From assembly GCA_950097015.1 (NCBI GenBank), contig CATNEN010000001.1:3782001-3846000 (forward strand): a stretch of 64,000 nucleotides of DNA. Direction: 5' to 3'. The DNA comes from Macrostomum hystrix. Taxonomy: Eukaryota; Animalia; Platyhelminthes. Within the stretch, counting starts at the first letter, position 1. Each line of letters starts with the position of its first letter. Shown here piece after piece: positions 10,949-22,042 of the stretch. The position numbers and the translations under genes are program-made. The notes beneath the pieces were generated by a model, which was given only the letters and a program-made list of their open reading frames with translations, had not been told where the DNA came from and did no database searches.

Positions 10949-12104
10949 TGTGATATTTTGACTTAGGTCTCTCTTTACGTTGAGATTCCTAAATGAGGTC
11001 GGGTGTCCTACTCTTTGTGAGAGATTCTCTTTTCGCAACTCGAAAATAACGAAGACAAGACGATTCAAATCCCAAGCTAAACAGCTGATATTTAAGTGTT
11101 AATTAGTAAATAAGAGAAAGCTATGATCACTGATCAATTCCCCTGGCAGCGCTCTTTTCGTCCCCTGCCAGGTACTGTACTTAATTCAATCCAATTCACA
11201 ATTCGCACTAACAAAATCTCGATCCGCAACACAAAACACGAACTCTACTCGACAATACGACACGATAAATAACACAAATAAATCCTAGACAAACAGATAG
11301 TCCCTATAACAAAACAAGACAAATAACGCGAAACCTAACCAAAATCCCTAACATAAAACCGAGGCGACCAGCAAGCACTTCTGCACTATGGCACAACGAT
11401 AGTTCTATCGTGCCACACCTAATGTCTGTTCGACGGCGTCCCACCGATGATTGTCGGCGATATGGAGAGTGCTTCCGTGCTTGCCAATCCCTATCTAACA
11501 CTCCGTCAGCAGTTGGCCAGACGTACCGAGCTCAGCGCAAGCTACTTACTGACGTGGGGTTGAGTGTGGGGGTTTTCTTTGACTAACTAGTTGGACCGGT
11601 TTACCTGTCCCGGTATCTATTTACTAGGATGCGTAACACGAATGAGAACAATATCAAGATCAAGAGCAAGAGCAAGGTCAAACGCGAGACCAGAATCACA
11701 TGAGAACAATATTTCAGCGCAATAGTCAGTTTTATAGTCAAGCGCCCGCCCCAGCCCTCATCAAAGCCTGGGTGCCGGCCGCGCCGCTTGTTCTTCTGCC
11801 AGGTCGACCCTGCCGGTTAACGAACCGGCTGCTGATTGGCCCGGCTCGGGGTGTCGCACTTAAGTCGGTTCACCTCAATCGGCTAGCCGTCCTCCCATTG
11901 GTTGGGCCCACCAGACCAGGGCTAGTCTGATGCCTTGGCTGTAGAGCAGGGGTGACCGGCCGGTCGCGTGTTAGGCCTGGCTGGGGTGCGCATGTACAAA
12001 CAACTAACCTATAAGATACATTAAAATAATTCATAATATTGACGTGCGCGAATAAGTTACTACAAGTAGAAATATACGCATTATAAAAACATGCCGACAC
12101 TACA
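10949..12104 (-). mobile_element. Solo LTR, 1156 bp
   Basis: Begins TGT and ends ACA. Exact 4-bp TSD ccag at 10945-10948 and 12105-12108, with satellite on both sides. Minus-strand CCAAT (~11836) and CTATAAAA (~11730-11737) suggest the orientation. Confidence 0.7.
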
Positions 12105-12973
12105 CCAGTATCTCATCTCTCTCGTATCTCATCTCTCCAGCATCTCATCTCTCCAGCATCTCATCTCTCTATCCTTTGCGCCTGTTTTCTTCATTTCAGT
12201 TTCTACTTTCTTAATTATCCATTTAGGAGATGCAGTTAGCTTAATGTTTTCAGGTTTTCAAGCTCAACTGCGTTGGTGTTTTTCTAAATTTCCCAATTCA
12301 ATAAACGTGATAATTTATTAAAAGTTAGTTGTATTTTTTAGATTTAAAAATAAACACTCAGTTAGCAGCGTTTTGCAAAAACATTTTGCTCAATAAGCTT
12401 CATCAATTCCAGTCATTATCCAGGAATTCATATCGATCTGTGCGCAAAATGCAATGAACAAGATCACAAAATATGTAAGCCTAGTTTTGTATTTTTTACC
12501 AGTGCATTATTTAAAAGAAGAGCAATCTGATTGATTTATTGAACTGTCAGGCAGATCGATCGGGTTAGACTACAGAGACCACAATTCGTGTGTGAATGCA
12601 GCGTTCTGTGATAAACATCGCTTGCGCGAGCTCTAGCAGGTAACAATCCATTTTAGAACCGAATCTGTTTTTTTATATTCCTCAGAATGGGGGATTTGGT
12701 TTATCATTAGCATTGGTTAATTACCGATATTCCGCTTGGCAATTGCTTAGAAATACTGTGAAAGACTAAATTAGCAAATAGCTTCGTCCATTATTGAAGT
12801 TAGTTGTTTTGTTATATTCTCAGCAAATTATTAGCATTAATTCAAATCTACTACAGGGGGTGTTTTACGAACTTGAGTTCAATCTTAAGATCAAACTTAG
12901 GATTGAGTTTAGGATCGACGTGTTCTTTGAAGATAAAAGTCGATCTTAGCTGGGATCCAACTTAGGTCTGACC

Positions 12974-13058
12974 CACAGATAGTATAATAATTATTATAGT
13001 ATATTATAGTTATATTATATTATAGTTATATTATATTATAGTTATTATAGTATCTGTG
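12974..13058. mobile_element. 85-bp MITE with 8-bp TSD (P/hAT-like), nested in the Harbinger element
   Basis: TIR cacagata(g/c)tataataa; TSD gtctgacc at 12966-12973 and 13059-13066. Confidence 0.85.
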
Positions 13059-13153
13059 GTCTGACCTAAGGGAAGATAAGATCGAACTTGCGACTGGTGC
13101 GTTTTATCAAGAGAGACTGTCTATGACCAAAACTGTCATGCTCGATCTTAACT

Positions 13154-13674
13154 TTAGGACACATCTAGAGTTGTCCTAAGTTTCAAGTCGCTATCTGAAC
13201 AGCAAGAGTCGATCTTTTGGATGTTGTTGTTGGCACCGTCGACAGAGCTGACAGGTAAGCTTGACAGACATATGTCACCGCGCAATGGCGTGTCAACCAC
13301 CGAAGAATCAAAGCCATTCGACACGCCTTTGTAGGCTACATCCGGAAGAAAAGAAAGAACCGTCTTGTCGACGTCCGTCAACGGTTCGGCTGCAGATACA
13401 CCGCTACCCTTCCGGTGCTGTTCATTGAACGCAGTTGCAGCCTTAGCTATTGTGTCGCTGCACAATGAGGCCAGCTTCTTTCTGCATTTGTCAGGGGAGC
13501 GCCTTGCGACACCAGCAGCGGACACGGATAGCGCGATTTCTCCAGCAATTTCTTCTTCTGGAGGTTCGTGCCTGCATCCCTGTGCTTCGCTCTCAGCATC
13601 GGCTTCTCTCTTGCCATCTCCAGCAGGATCTCAATCTCTTTCTGACTAAAATTAGGTCTTCTTTTATCAGCCAT
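13154..13674 (-). pseudogene. Frameshifted Myb/SANT-like DNA-binding protein (Harbinger accessory gene)
   Basis: MADKRRPNFSQKEIEILLE...TNLQKK, a frameshift near 13545, then EIALSVSAAGVARRSPDKCRKKLASL. This matches the Myb/SANT-like (NAIF1/MSANTD) pattern. Confidence 0.8.
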
Positions 13675-14250
13675 TCGAATGTGATTTGCAATGCAAAATA
13701 AACTCAACAAGAAGTACTATAAGCTGTGACCGTGTCTCTGGCTAAAATACGGCATATATAAAACGGCTAGTTTGACGCCACTCGGAATTAGTCTATGGTC
13801 AACCCTATCTTAGACTTTCTCGTCCACAACCAAAGCTCGACCTTAGCTAAGATCGAAGTTAGAAGTGACTCCTAAGTGTTTGTAAAACGCATTTATGGCT
13901 CAGTCTTAAGTTCGAGCCTAAGTTGGAACTTAGGAGTCAGTCTTAAGACGCAGTTCGTAAAACACCCCCCAGATGGCCGGAGCTGCAGATATCGAGCGAA
14001 CCTACTGGTAGCTGGTGCGCGACGGTCAGCAAGAGTTTAACTCTGACGCTGTTGGGTTGAACGAATCTGACAGCTTTTGCAATCGTTGCAGCTGCATCTG
14101 GGGATAATGGGGCCGCAGAAAGTGCAGAAACAGATTTAACAACAATGGCCATCTATTGTGGGTAATTTTGGAATTGTAAGCGTGCTCGGCACTTACTAAA
14201 CAACAACAACAAACTGTTCTGTTGGCGCAACTTTCCAATGGAAGATCGGA

Positions 14251-14390
14251 ATGGACGATATCAACAGTTTAAGCTCGGCTTTTTCAACCTTCGACAATGA
14301 CAGCGATACGGCTCTAAGAGGAATTGCGCCAGATCCTACTGGTCTGGCTGGTGGCTCGCAGAATGCTTCTGGAACTGTCGCTACGTCAAC
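14251..14390 (+). pseudogene. Fibrinogen-related domain (FReD) C-terminal fragment, frameshifted
   Basis: AFSTFDNDSD, a frameshift near 14320, then NCARSYWSGWWLAECFWN, matching FSTxDxDND...NCA...GWW...C. Confidence 0.6.
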
Positions 14391-14677
14391 TTTGAAGCCA
14401 AGGCTGCTGGCGAAACTGTTGGGCAAATGATGTTGTACGCCTCACCAACACATCAACACATCCATTTGTTCTCTGGTACTCAATAAAGAGTACTCAATCA
14501 GTGCCTCATTGTTGAGATTGTCTAAACCTAGCTCAAGACAAGTCAACAGTCAATGAAAACCTACAGATAAATTGTTTAAACAGTCTTCATTCTAGCAAAT
14601 CATGACACGTCATTTTTAAAAACACCTTTGAAAAAAGTTTTTAAAGACACACTTTCTTACATGTACGAGAATGTGCT

Positions 14678-14885
14678 CGGGAGAGATAAGACACGGGAGA
14701 GATGGGACACGGGAGAGATGGGACACGGGAGAGATGGGACACGGGAGAGATGAGACACGGGAGAGATAAGACACGGGAGAGATGGGACACGGGAGAGATG
14801 GGACACGGGAGAGATGAGACACAGGAGAGATGAGACACGGGAGAGATAAGACACAGGAGAGATGAGACACGGGAAAGATGGGACA
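14678..14885. repeat. 16-bp satellite (gagatg(a/g)gacacggga)
   Basis: About 13 tandem copies. Confidence 0.95.
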
Positions 14886-14968
14886 TGATTTAGGTGCTGA
14901 AAATGCCAGGTGAGCATTGAAGAGTTTTGAGTTTGAGTCCTGATTCCTGCCCTATGAAAGCGTATTGA

Positions 14969-15233
14969 TTGGGTCAGATGTGCAGCCGACAGCACAGCCG
15001 CAGCTATTGTGCGGCGCATCTGAAGGCTGCGTACGGCTGTTCAGTCCACGGACTTGGGGGACGCCACACCCACCTTCAATTATCCCAGTTAATGCTGGTA
15101 CCCATTTACCAGCTGGGTGAACTGAAGCAATGCAGAGTTAAGTGTCTTGCTAAAGGACACAAATTGTTCCAGGAATCGAACCCCCGACCTTCAAGTCGTG
15201 AGTCCGACGCTCTAACCACTAGGCTACAACCGT
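14969..15233 (-). mobile_element. tRNA-derived SINE family A, near full length
   Basis: Box A tagcctagtgg, box B ggttcgattcc, anticodon-like CAC (Val). Core gtgtcctttagcaagacacttaac...cacccagctggtaaatgggtacc resembles Meta-type SINE cores. Several copies in the window. Confidence 0.85.
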
Positions 15234-17832
15234 CAGGTGAGTTGTTGCGCTTATATCGCTTTTAAAAAGCAGAAATGAGATGGCTTTGTGCATAAAATTA
15301 TCCTGAATTGCATTAGCTTGTTTACAATCGCTAATGTAACTAGTGGTATCACAGCAATGCCTAACAAAAGATCCCGGCGTGTTAAAGGAAGTCTAACGCA
15401 TTGACAAGAATCCGCATGGCGACACGAGCCTATTGGAGGTGAGCCACCTCACCTGAACAAACTAGAATTTGATGAGGCCACAACAAGATGAGGCCTCTAG
15501 AAATTGATCCGGAAGGCAAACAGTTCCTTTGGCAGGCGATTAGAACAGTCGCCAGCATATACTGTACGGTTATTGTCACAATCCACAGCATGGAGGAAGT
15601 TAAGGCTATTTGCAATCGAGTCTCGATAATTAATTGTTAATTAACAGGTTGGACTGGGAGCCGTACAACAACTCGGGGCACTGTGAGTAATATTTTTAAA
15701 TAATGTCAGTATTAGGTAAATTATTTTAGGCAATAGCATGATTCAGGAGAAGTAGTGAAAATGTTCCGAAGCGGCACACGCACGCGGACACCGTGAGCAG
15801 GCACTCACACAAACGCATACCGCTATGTACATCTGCATAGGCTTATGCATAGTCTAACGTAGTGTACACTCATTGTGTTGGGGGTTGGTTCTTGTGGACT
15901 TGAATTACATTTCTTGACATCGTAGGTATGGCAAGTGCTACAATCTGGAGATCTTAATCAGCACCATAGTGGACGAAGATCCTTCAAGCGTTGAGGAGAA
16001 GGAGAACTCGGTAGTTGAAGCCGTCTCAAAAAAGTTCAGCGGTACTTCGTCGTTGTAGAAGAGTTTTACGATGGTGTGCACTTTTCGATACCAGCGTCTA
16101 GTATCAGCCGTCTATCTGTGGCCCTTCACCTGGCTGCTGGATAACTGCAAAGGCCAGTGCAACCAAGCACTTCTCGCTGCACCAGATGTCTATGGACCAG
16201 TTGAAGGATAGGTGGAAATCCGCGTGTCCGTATGTCCGTATCCTATGGCGCAGTCCGTAACTGAGCTCGAAAAGGTTTAGCCAGTCGAGGCAAAGACTAT
16301 CTATTTCTATCGTTTGCTTTTTCATGCTACTAAGAGACGGAAGTACGCAATTTTTACTACACACACTTTTTTGATTTTTAAACTGTCGCCTCATTTCTTT
16401 TTAACAAAAAACTATCATGCATTGAAGACATTTGTGCATAAAAATGATTCAACCAATTCTCTTAGAAGCTGTCGAAATACGTTTTTAAGGACAGAATGTT
16501 TTTTTTCAACTAAAGCATCTGGTCGTTTCGTTGAACATTTCTTTTTGCCATGCAAGAATTGATTGATTAAAAAACCATCGTTGCAGTGGGTCCTTTGAGA
16601 ACTGAGAATAACTTTGACAGGTGATGATTGAGGCTGGGGATGTTGATGACCGTGTCTCTTTTTCATCATTATCCTCTCTCCCCTCTCTCCCACTAGTTCT
16701 CTCTTGATCTTCCGTTTATTGCTGCCCAGCAACCGATGGGAGACCTGTGAAAGCTCAGAGAACTTTGGGAAGATGCGATATCAAACAATTGAACAATTGA
16801 ACAAGAGCTGCCCTCTCTACTCAGCTCAACGGGTGACAGAGGAGCTACGCAGTCCAATTAGACACCGCATAATTAACAAGGGATTGGAAATGACACAGGT
16901 ATCTGACTTAAAAATACTCTACGGACTAGTGCTTAATGCTGAGCAAGTACTTGTCAGAGAGTTACCATTGCGAGAGGGCTACAGCTTTTAAATGATTATT
17001 CGATATCGATAAGCGCATCAAAATTCGCTACTTCTTCCTAAGTTTTCACCTTTTTAATAGCACTGATGAGATATTTTTTATATCAATACCTAAATAGCAT
17101 TTTCAAATTTTCTTGTCTTCCTTAAGCGTACAAAAATATTCATTAATCAGAAAAGTTAATCTAAGTTAAAATTAGAGAAACTTACAGACACGGCATGGAT
17201 AGTCAAAAAAATTATCATAAAATAAAACAAACTAGAACAAACTGGATCAGAGCCAGTTAGAGCGATTGGCCAGTGTCATGCTGCACTCACTGCACTCACT
17301 AGTATAACTGGATGGAAGCTGCGCTGAGTGAATTTAAATATTTTGCCAACATTTTGCATGAGGGCAGTGAGTTAAGAGCCACACTTAAGCCAAGCAGATC
17401 AGCTGGCATTTGTTAGACACTTTTATATTGTCTGGCTTGTCAATGCGCATGACGGTGGAGCTTCACTTGGGCCAACTGCTTATGCGTGAGTAAATTATCA
17501 GGGACCACTTGGGAGTTTCTTAGAAAACGTTTCCTAGAAACAGTATAGATTGATTCATGGTTCATGGCCAAAAAGTACAGTACGGAAATAGGAAGTTGCT
17601 CGGGGGCTTATCAAAGGTTCATAATTTTATATCCGTGTCTAGCTTTTATTCTGAAGATATCGAGTGACGAAGTATATCAAAATAAGAGCTTTCGATCTGC
17701 TTCCAATAGAAAGCGGTCACTTTTATAATGGAAAAAAACATTAAACTTTTAGTGTGTTACACGAAGTGTATTTTTCGGAGATCACAAGCCTTTTAACCTT
17801 TTTCCAGAGTCATTTAAAATTCACTCTTTCAG

Positions 17833-19905
17833 TCGTGACCTCAGCCGCGGCCATCAGCAACGTCAACTCTCGCACCTATGACCAGGTGCTGAGCGGCTCA
17901 CTGAATATCAACGACTCCGTGAGCAGCTCTCTGCTGACTGACTCGACTGCTGATACCGACATTCTCTGCGTCACCAGGTGCCAGGAGAAGGCCTGCGCTG
18001 CAGCCATGGTCAGGGACACCGCTGACGGCAGGTGCGAGTGCCAGATACTAGTGATCAACACTGCGGACAAGCAGAACCTGAGCCGCGAGAGCTTCGTGTT
18101 CAGAGAGCTGCGAACTGGCGCCGGTGTGAGGCTGTGGAAGGCCGAGGACTTCGACCGGATGCTGCAGTCGATGACTGTCTTCGAAAGTGAGTGATTATTG
18201 CCTAGCTAAATCCAAGGACTAAAATTAAGTCTAAGGCTGATTCTACGCGAAACATTCATTCAGAAAATGTCTTGTGCCAGTGTTTTAAACCAAATTAATC
18301 CATTTGTGAGCTACACGATGCAGTAGTATGTGTCGAGGACACATTCCTTTGCGGCGAAGCCGCGGAGAGAAGGCTTGGGGGCTTGTCGCGCAATTTAGGG
18401 TCAACCCCCAAGGCACAATGAGTGTACACTGCCTGACGATGAGAAAAAGTAAGGGTAGAAGTACACACCTGTGTGCGTGTGCTCACCCAGGAGTCAGCGA
18501 AATGCGCAGCGGGTCTAATGTCCCCAAATGATGTCCCATTGCTCACAGCCCTCCTGCAATTATACTTTCGAAGTAATAGAATTTGATTTTTTGAACACAA
18601 TTTAGCATTAAAAACTAATGTGAGTGTTTGAGTCCATTTAGTTTAACTGTCAGCTTATGATTTATGAGAGGCTTAAAATGACACAGCTGTTAAATGGGTA
18701 CCCACATTAGCTGGGGTAATTGAGGGTGGGTGTGCCGTCCCCCCAGTCCATGGACTGAACTGCCGTATGCGCAATAGCTGCGGCTGTGCTGTCAGCTGCA
18801 CATCTGGCCCAATTGGGGTAGTACAGAAAAACGAACAGTATATGTTATTTAATCTAACACTGAAGCAATATTTCAGCAACCGGCTCAGGTAGAATCGGTT
18901 CGATCCAGTCCATGAAAGTGCTCAGCACCGGCTGCTACCGCATCGAGGCTCACGGAGCAAGCGGAGGATTCAACTTTAACAAGGCTTACGATCCCGGCAG
19001 CGGAGCCTCCGTTGCTGGAAACTTCACTCTCTATGCTGGATCTGAGCTGGCCATTGTAGTGGGACAAGCTGGCGAGAACGCGTCCGCCGATCGCGGTGGT
19101 TCAGGCGGTGGCGGTGGCAGCTTCGTGTACAATAATAGCACTGACAACCAGCTGCTGCTGGCAGCTGGCGCCGGCGGCGGAGCTTCTTATTACCAGAAAG
19201 GCAAGTGGATGATACTGCGGGACACCACAGCCGCAGCCATTTCGCGGCGCATCTGAAGGCTGCATATTGCAGATCAGTCCATGGACTGGGGGCGGGGAGG
19301 CACAAGCCCTAGGCAAGGCAAGAAAATAGCGGCCCAAAGCAGATGGTATTATAAATAGTTAAAATAATACTAATTCTCTAGGCATGGATGGCTTGTCAAC
19401 AGCAAACGGAGCAGACTCTTGTGTCCAATACTCACCTGAGTATCGAGGAATCGGGGGTACAGGCGGTTTGCCAGGGATTGTCGCTCCGAGTCGCATCATC
19501 TCAGGAGGATCGACGGACGTGCATTCGAGAGGCGGCCCGGGCGCCGGATGGAACGGCAGGGCGTTGACGTACAGTTCCTCCTACCCATTCGATGCCAGCG
19601 GTGGCATGAGCCGCATCGACGGTTGGCTCGGTGGCAGTCGCGGCATCAGTTACACTTCTGGCGACGGCGGCTTCGGAGGCGGCGGTGGTGGCGCCACGGC
19701 CATGCAGGTTCCGAACATCCATAATGGCGCTAGCGGCGGCGGCGGCGGCTACAGCGGCGGCGGAGCTGGCGCAGTCTGTGAATGCGCTGGCGGTGGTGGC
19801 GGCTCGGCTTGCTTCGGCATCGGCTGCGTTGCCATCACCGGAGGAAACTCCAAAGCCAATGGTCGAGTAACGATTAGTTTGGTCAGCCCGGGAGTTTGTG
19901 TGTGA
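17833..19905 (+). CDS. PAN/apple-like domain + ALK/LTK-type glycine-rich domain protein with no TM or kinase; first exon not located
   Basis: Exons 17833-18186, 18877-19200 and 19382-19905, all phase 1. CVTRCQEKACAAAMV...CEC; TGCYRIEAHGASGG...GSGASVAGNFTL...IVVGQAG...GGGGGSFV...LLAAGAGGGA...GGFGGGGG...GGGGGYSGG...AGGGGGS...NGRVTI. Confidence 0.8.
18335..18553 (+). mobile_element. SINE family B copy (body), intronic
   Basis: Aligns to the reverse complement of 49001-49340 and 53790-54135. Confidence 0.75.
18681..18812 (+). mobile_element. SINE family A, 3' portion, intronic
   Basis: aaatgggtacc...cagtccatggactgaac...gctgcacatctgg. Another fragment lies at 19225-19295 (-). Confidence 0.75.
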
Positions 19906-20112
19906 GCATCTTCTACTGGGGAGCGGAACTTGGAGCAACTTAACGAATAAGATGAGGAGACACGATATATTGGGTTTGAGGGTATCATTGTACTGCATAG
20001 ATGAGCATGTCACAGATTTTTTCGAGAGCTGTATTTCTCATTTATTCCTATTTTACAATATTCGAGACAGCGATAGCCTTTGCCCCTAAACAGTGAAATA
20101 AGCAGCAAGTTT

Positions 20113-21533
20113 AATGGTATGCATCCCCGTAACAATAACGGGCGTTAGTCTATGGCTGTTCTGATTTACTTAGTCCGCTGGGCAGCCTTCACCTTTGCCA
20201 TGAGACTCTAAACCTTAGCATCTAACCTTAGCATCTAACCTTAGCATCTAACCTTAGCATCTAACCTTAGCATTTAACCTTAGCATCTAACCTTAGCATC
20301 TAACCTTAGCATCTAACCTTAGCATCTAACCTTAGCATCTAACCTTAGCATCTAACCTTAGCATCTAACCTTAGCATCTAACCTTAGCATCTAACCTTAG
20401 CATCTAACCTTAGCATCTAACCTTAGCATCTAACCTTAGCATCTAACCTTAGCATCTAACCTTAGCATCTAACATTAGCATCTAACCTTAGCATCTAACG
20501 CTAGCATCTAACCTTAGCACCTAACGCTAGCATCTAACCTTAGCATCTAACCTTAGCATCTAACCTTAGCATCTAACCTTAGCATCTAACCTTAGCATCT
20601 AACCTTAGCATCTAACCTTAGCATCTAACCTTAGCATCTAACCTTAGCATCTAACCTTAGCATCTAACATTAGCATCTAACCTTAGCATCTAACGCTAGC
20701 ATCTAACCTTAGCACCTAACGCTAGCATCTAACCTTAGCATCTAACCTTAGCATCTAACATTAGCATCTAACCTTAGCATCTAACATTAGCATCTAACCT
20801 TAGCATCTAACGCTAGCATCTAACCTTAGCACCTAACGCTAGCATCTAACCTTAGCATCTAACCTTAGCATCTAACCTTAGCATCTAACCTTAGCATCTA
20901 ACCTTAGCATCTAACCTTAGCATCTAACCTTAGCATCTAACCTTAGCATCTAACCTTAGCATCTAACCTTAGCATCTAACCTTAGCATCTAACCTTAGCA
21001 TCTAACGTTAGCATCTAACCTTAGCATCTAACCTTAGCATCTAACCTTAGCATCTAACCTTAGCATTTAACCTTAGCATCTAACCTTAGCATCTAACCTT
21101 AGCATCTAACCTTAGCATCTAACCTTAGCATCTAACGTTAGCATCTAACCTTAGCATCTAACCTTAGCATCTAACCTTAGCATCTAACGCTAGCATCTAA
21201 CCTTAGCATCTAACCTTAGCATCTAACATTAGCATCTAACCTTAGCATCTAACCTTAGCATCTAACCTTAGCATCTATCCTTAGCATTTAACCTTAGCAT
21301 CTAACCTTAGCATCTAACCTTAGCATCTAACCTTAGCATCAAACCTTAGCATCTAACCTTAGCATCTAACCTTAGCATCTAACCTTAGCATCTAACCTTA
21401 GCATCTAACCTTAGCATCTAACCTTAGCATCTAACCTTAGCATCTAAACCTCAACCTTAACGCCAAGGATTCTTTGCCTAGGCAAATATATGAAAATACA
21501 ATCACTAACAAAAAATTGGGGATGCACACCATT
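20113..21533. mobile_element. TIR-bounded element carrying a 13-bp satellite
   Basis: aatggtatgcatcccc (20113-20128) and ggggatgcacaccatt (21518-21533) form a 15/16 inverted match. Confidence 0.55.
20211..21447. repeat. 13-bp satellite (aaccttagcatct), ~95 copies
   Basis: Highly homogeneous tandem array. Confidence 0.97.
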
Positions 21534-22042
21534 CATTTTTCTAGACATTGATCTTTATTTTAAGGTGACTTTTCAAATTACTAAATAATTTTTCAAGACC
21601 GAAACCAAAGATTGGATGTTTGTTAGACGCTTATCGTAACAACTTTTTGTACTTTAAAAGCTTCGTATTTTTTTTCTTACCCTTTTTGTTTAAATGCTTG
21701 AGTTTTTATAACTTTTCAACTGAGAGAAAAACTTCACTTCTACAGGGTCGATTTATGCTAACAACCTCGCTTCAATAGTTACTAGATTTTTTTTAATATA
21801 ATTTTTTAAGTAATAAAGCAGCTCTCAGAACAATATAAAAATACTCCGAAATTTCCACATCCTCTGTCACATGTGCATTGCCTCAATCATTTCAACCATG
21901 CAAGACTTTTAATCAAAACTCATGAAATAATCTTGGGGCCAAGAAGCTGTCAGTGGTTAGAGTGGTGAGACAATTACACGCTCTAAATTGCTGTCTCAAA
22001 CTCGTGGCGGTAATTAGCTTTCACGTGTAGCCTGAGGTCAAT

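Larger units (their letters stand above)
12857..13969. mobile_element. Non-autonomous PIF/Harbinger DNA transposon
   Basis: 17-bp TIRs ggggtgttttacgaact / agttcgtaaaacacccc, CAG on both flanks (CWG-type TSD), subterminal cttag/ctaag palindromic repeats and an internal Myb/SANT gene. Confidence 0.85.

Noticed and set aside
15165-15233. Apparent tRNA genes (also 49265-49340 and 44378-44440)
   Set aside because: No proper acceptor stem; each is attached to a multi-copy SINE body.
15380-16900. Exon-like, coding-looking patches
   Set aside because: Interrupted by stops and frameshifts with no recognisable family; needs TBLASTX.
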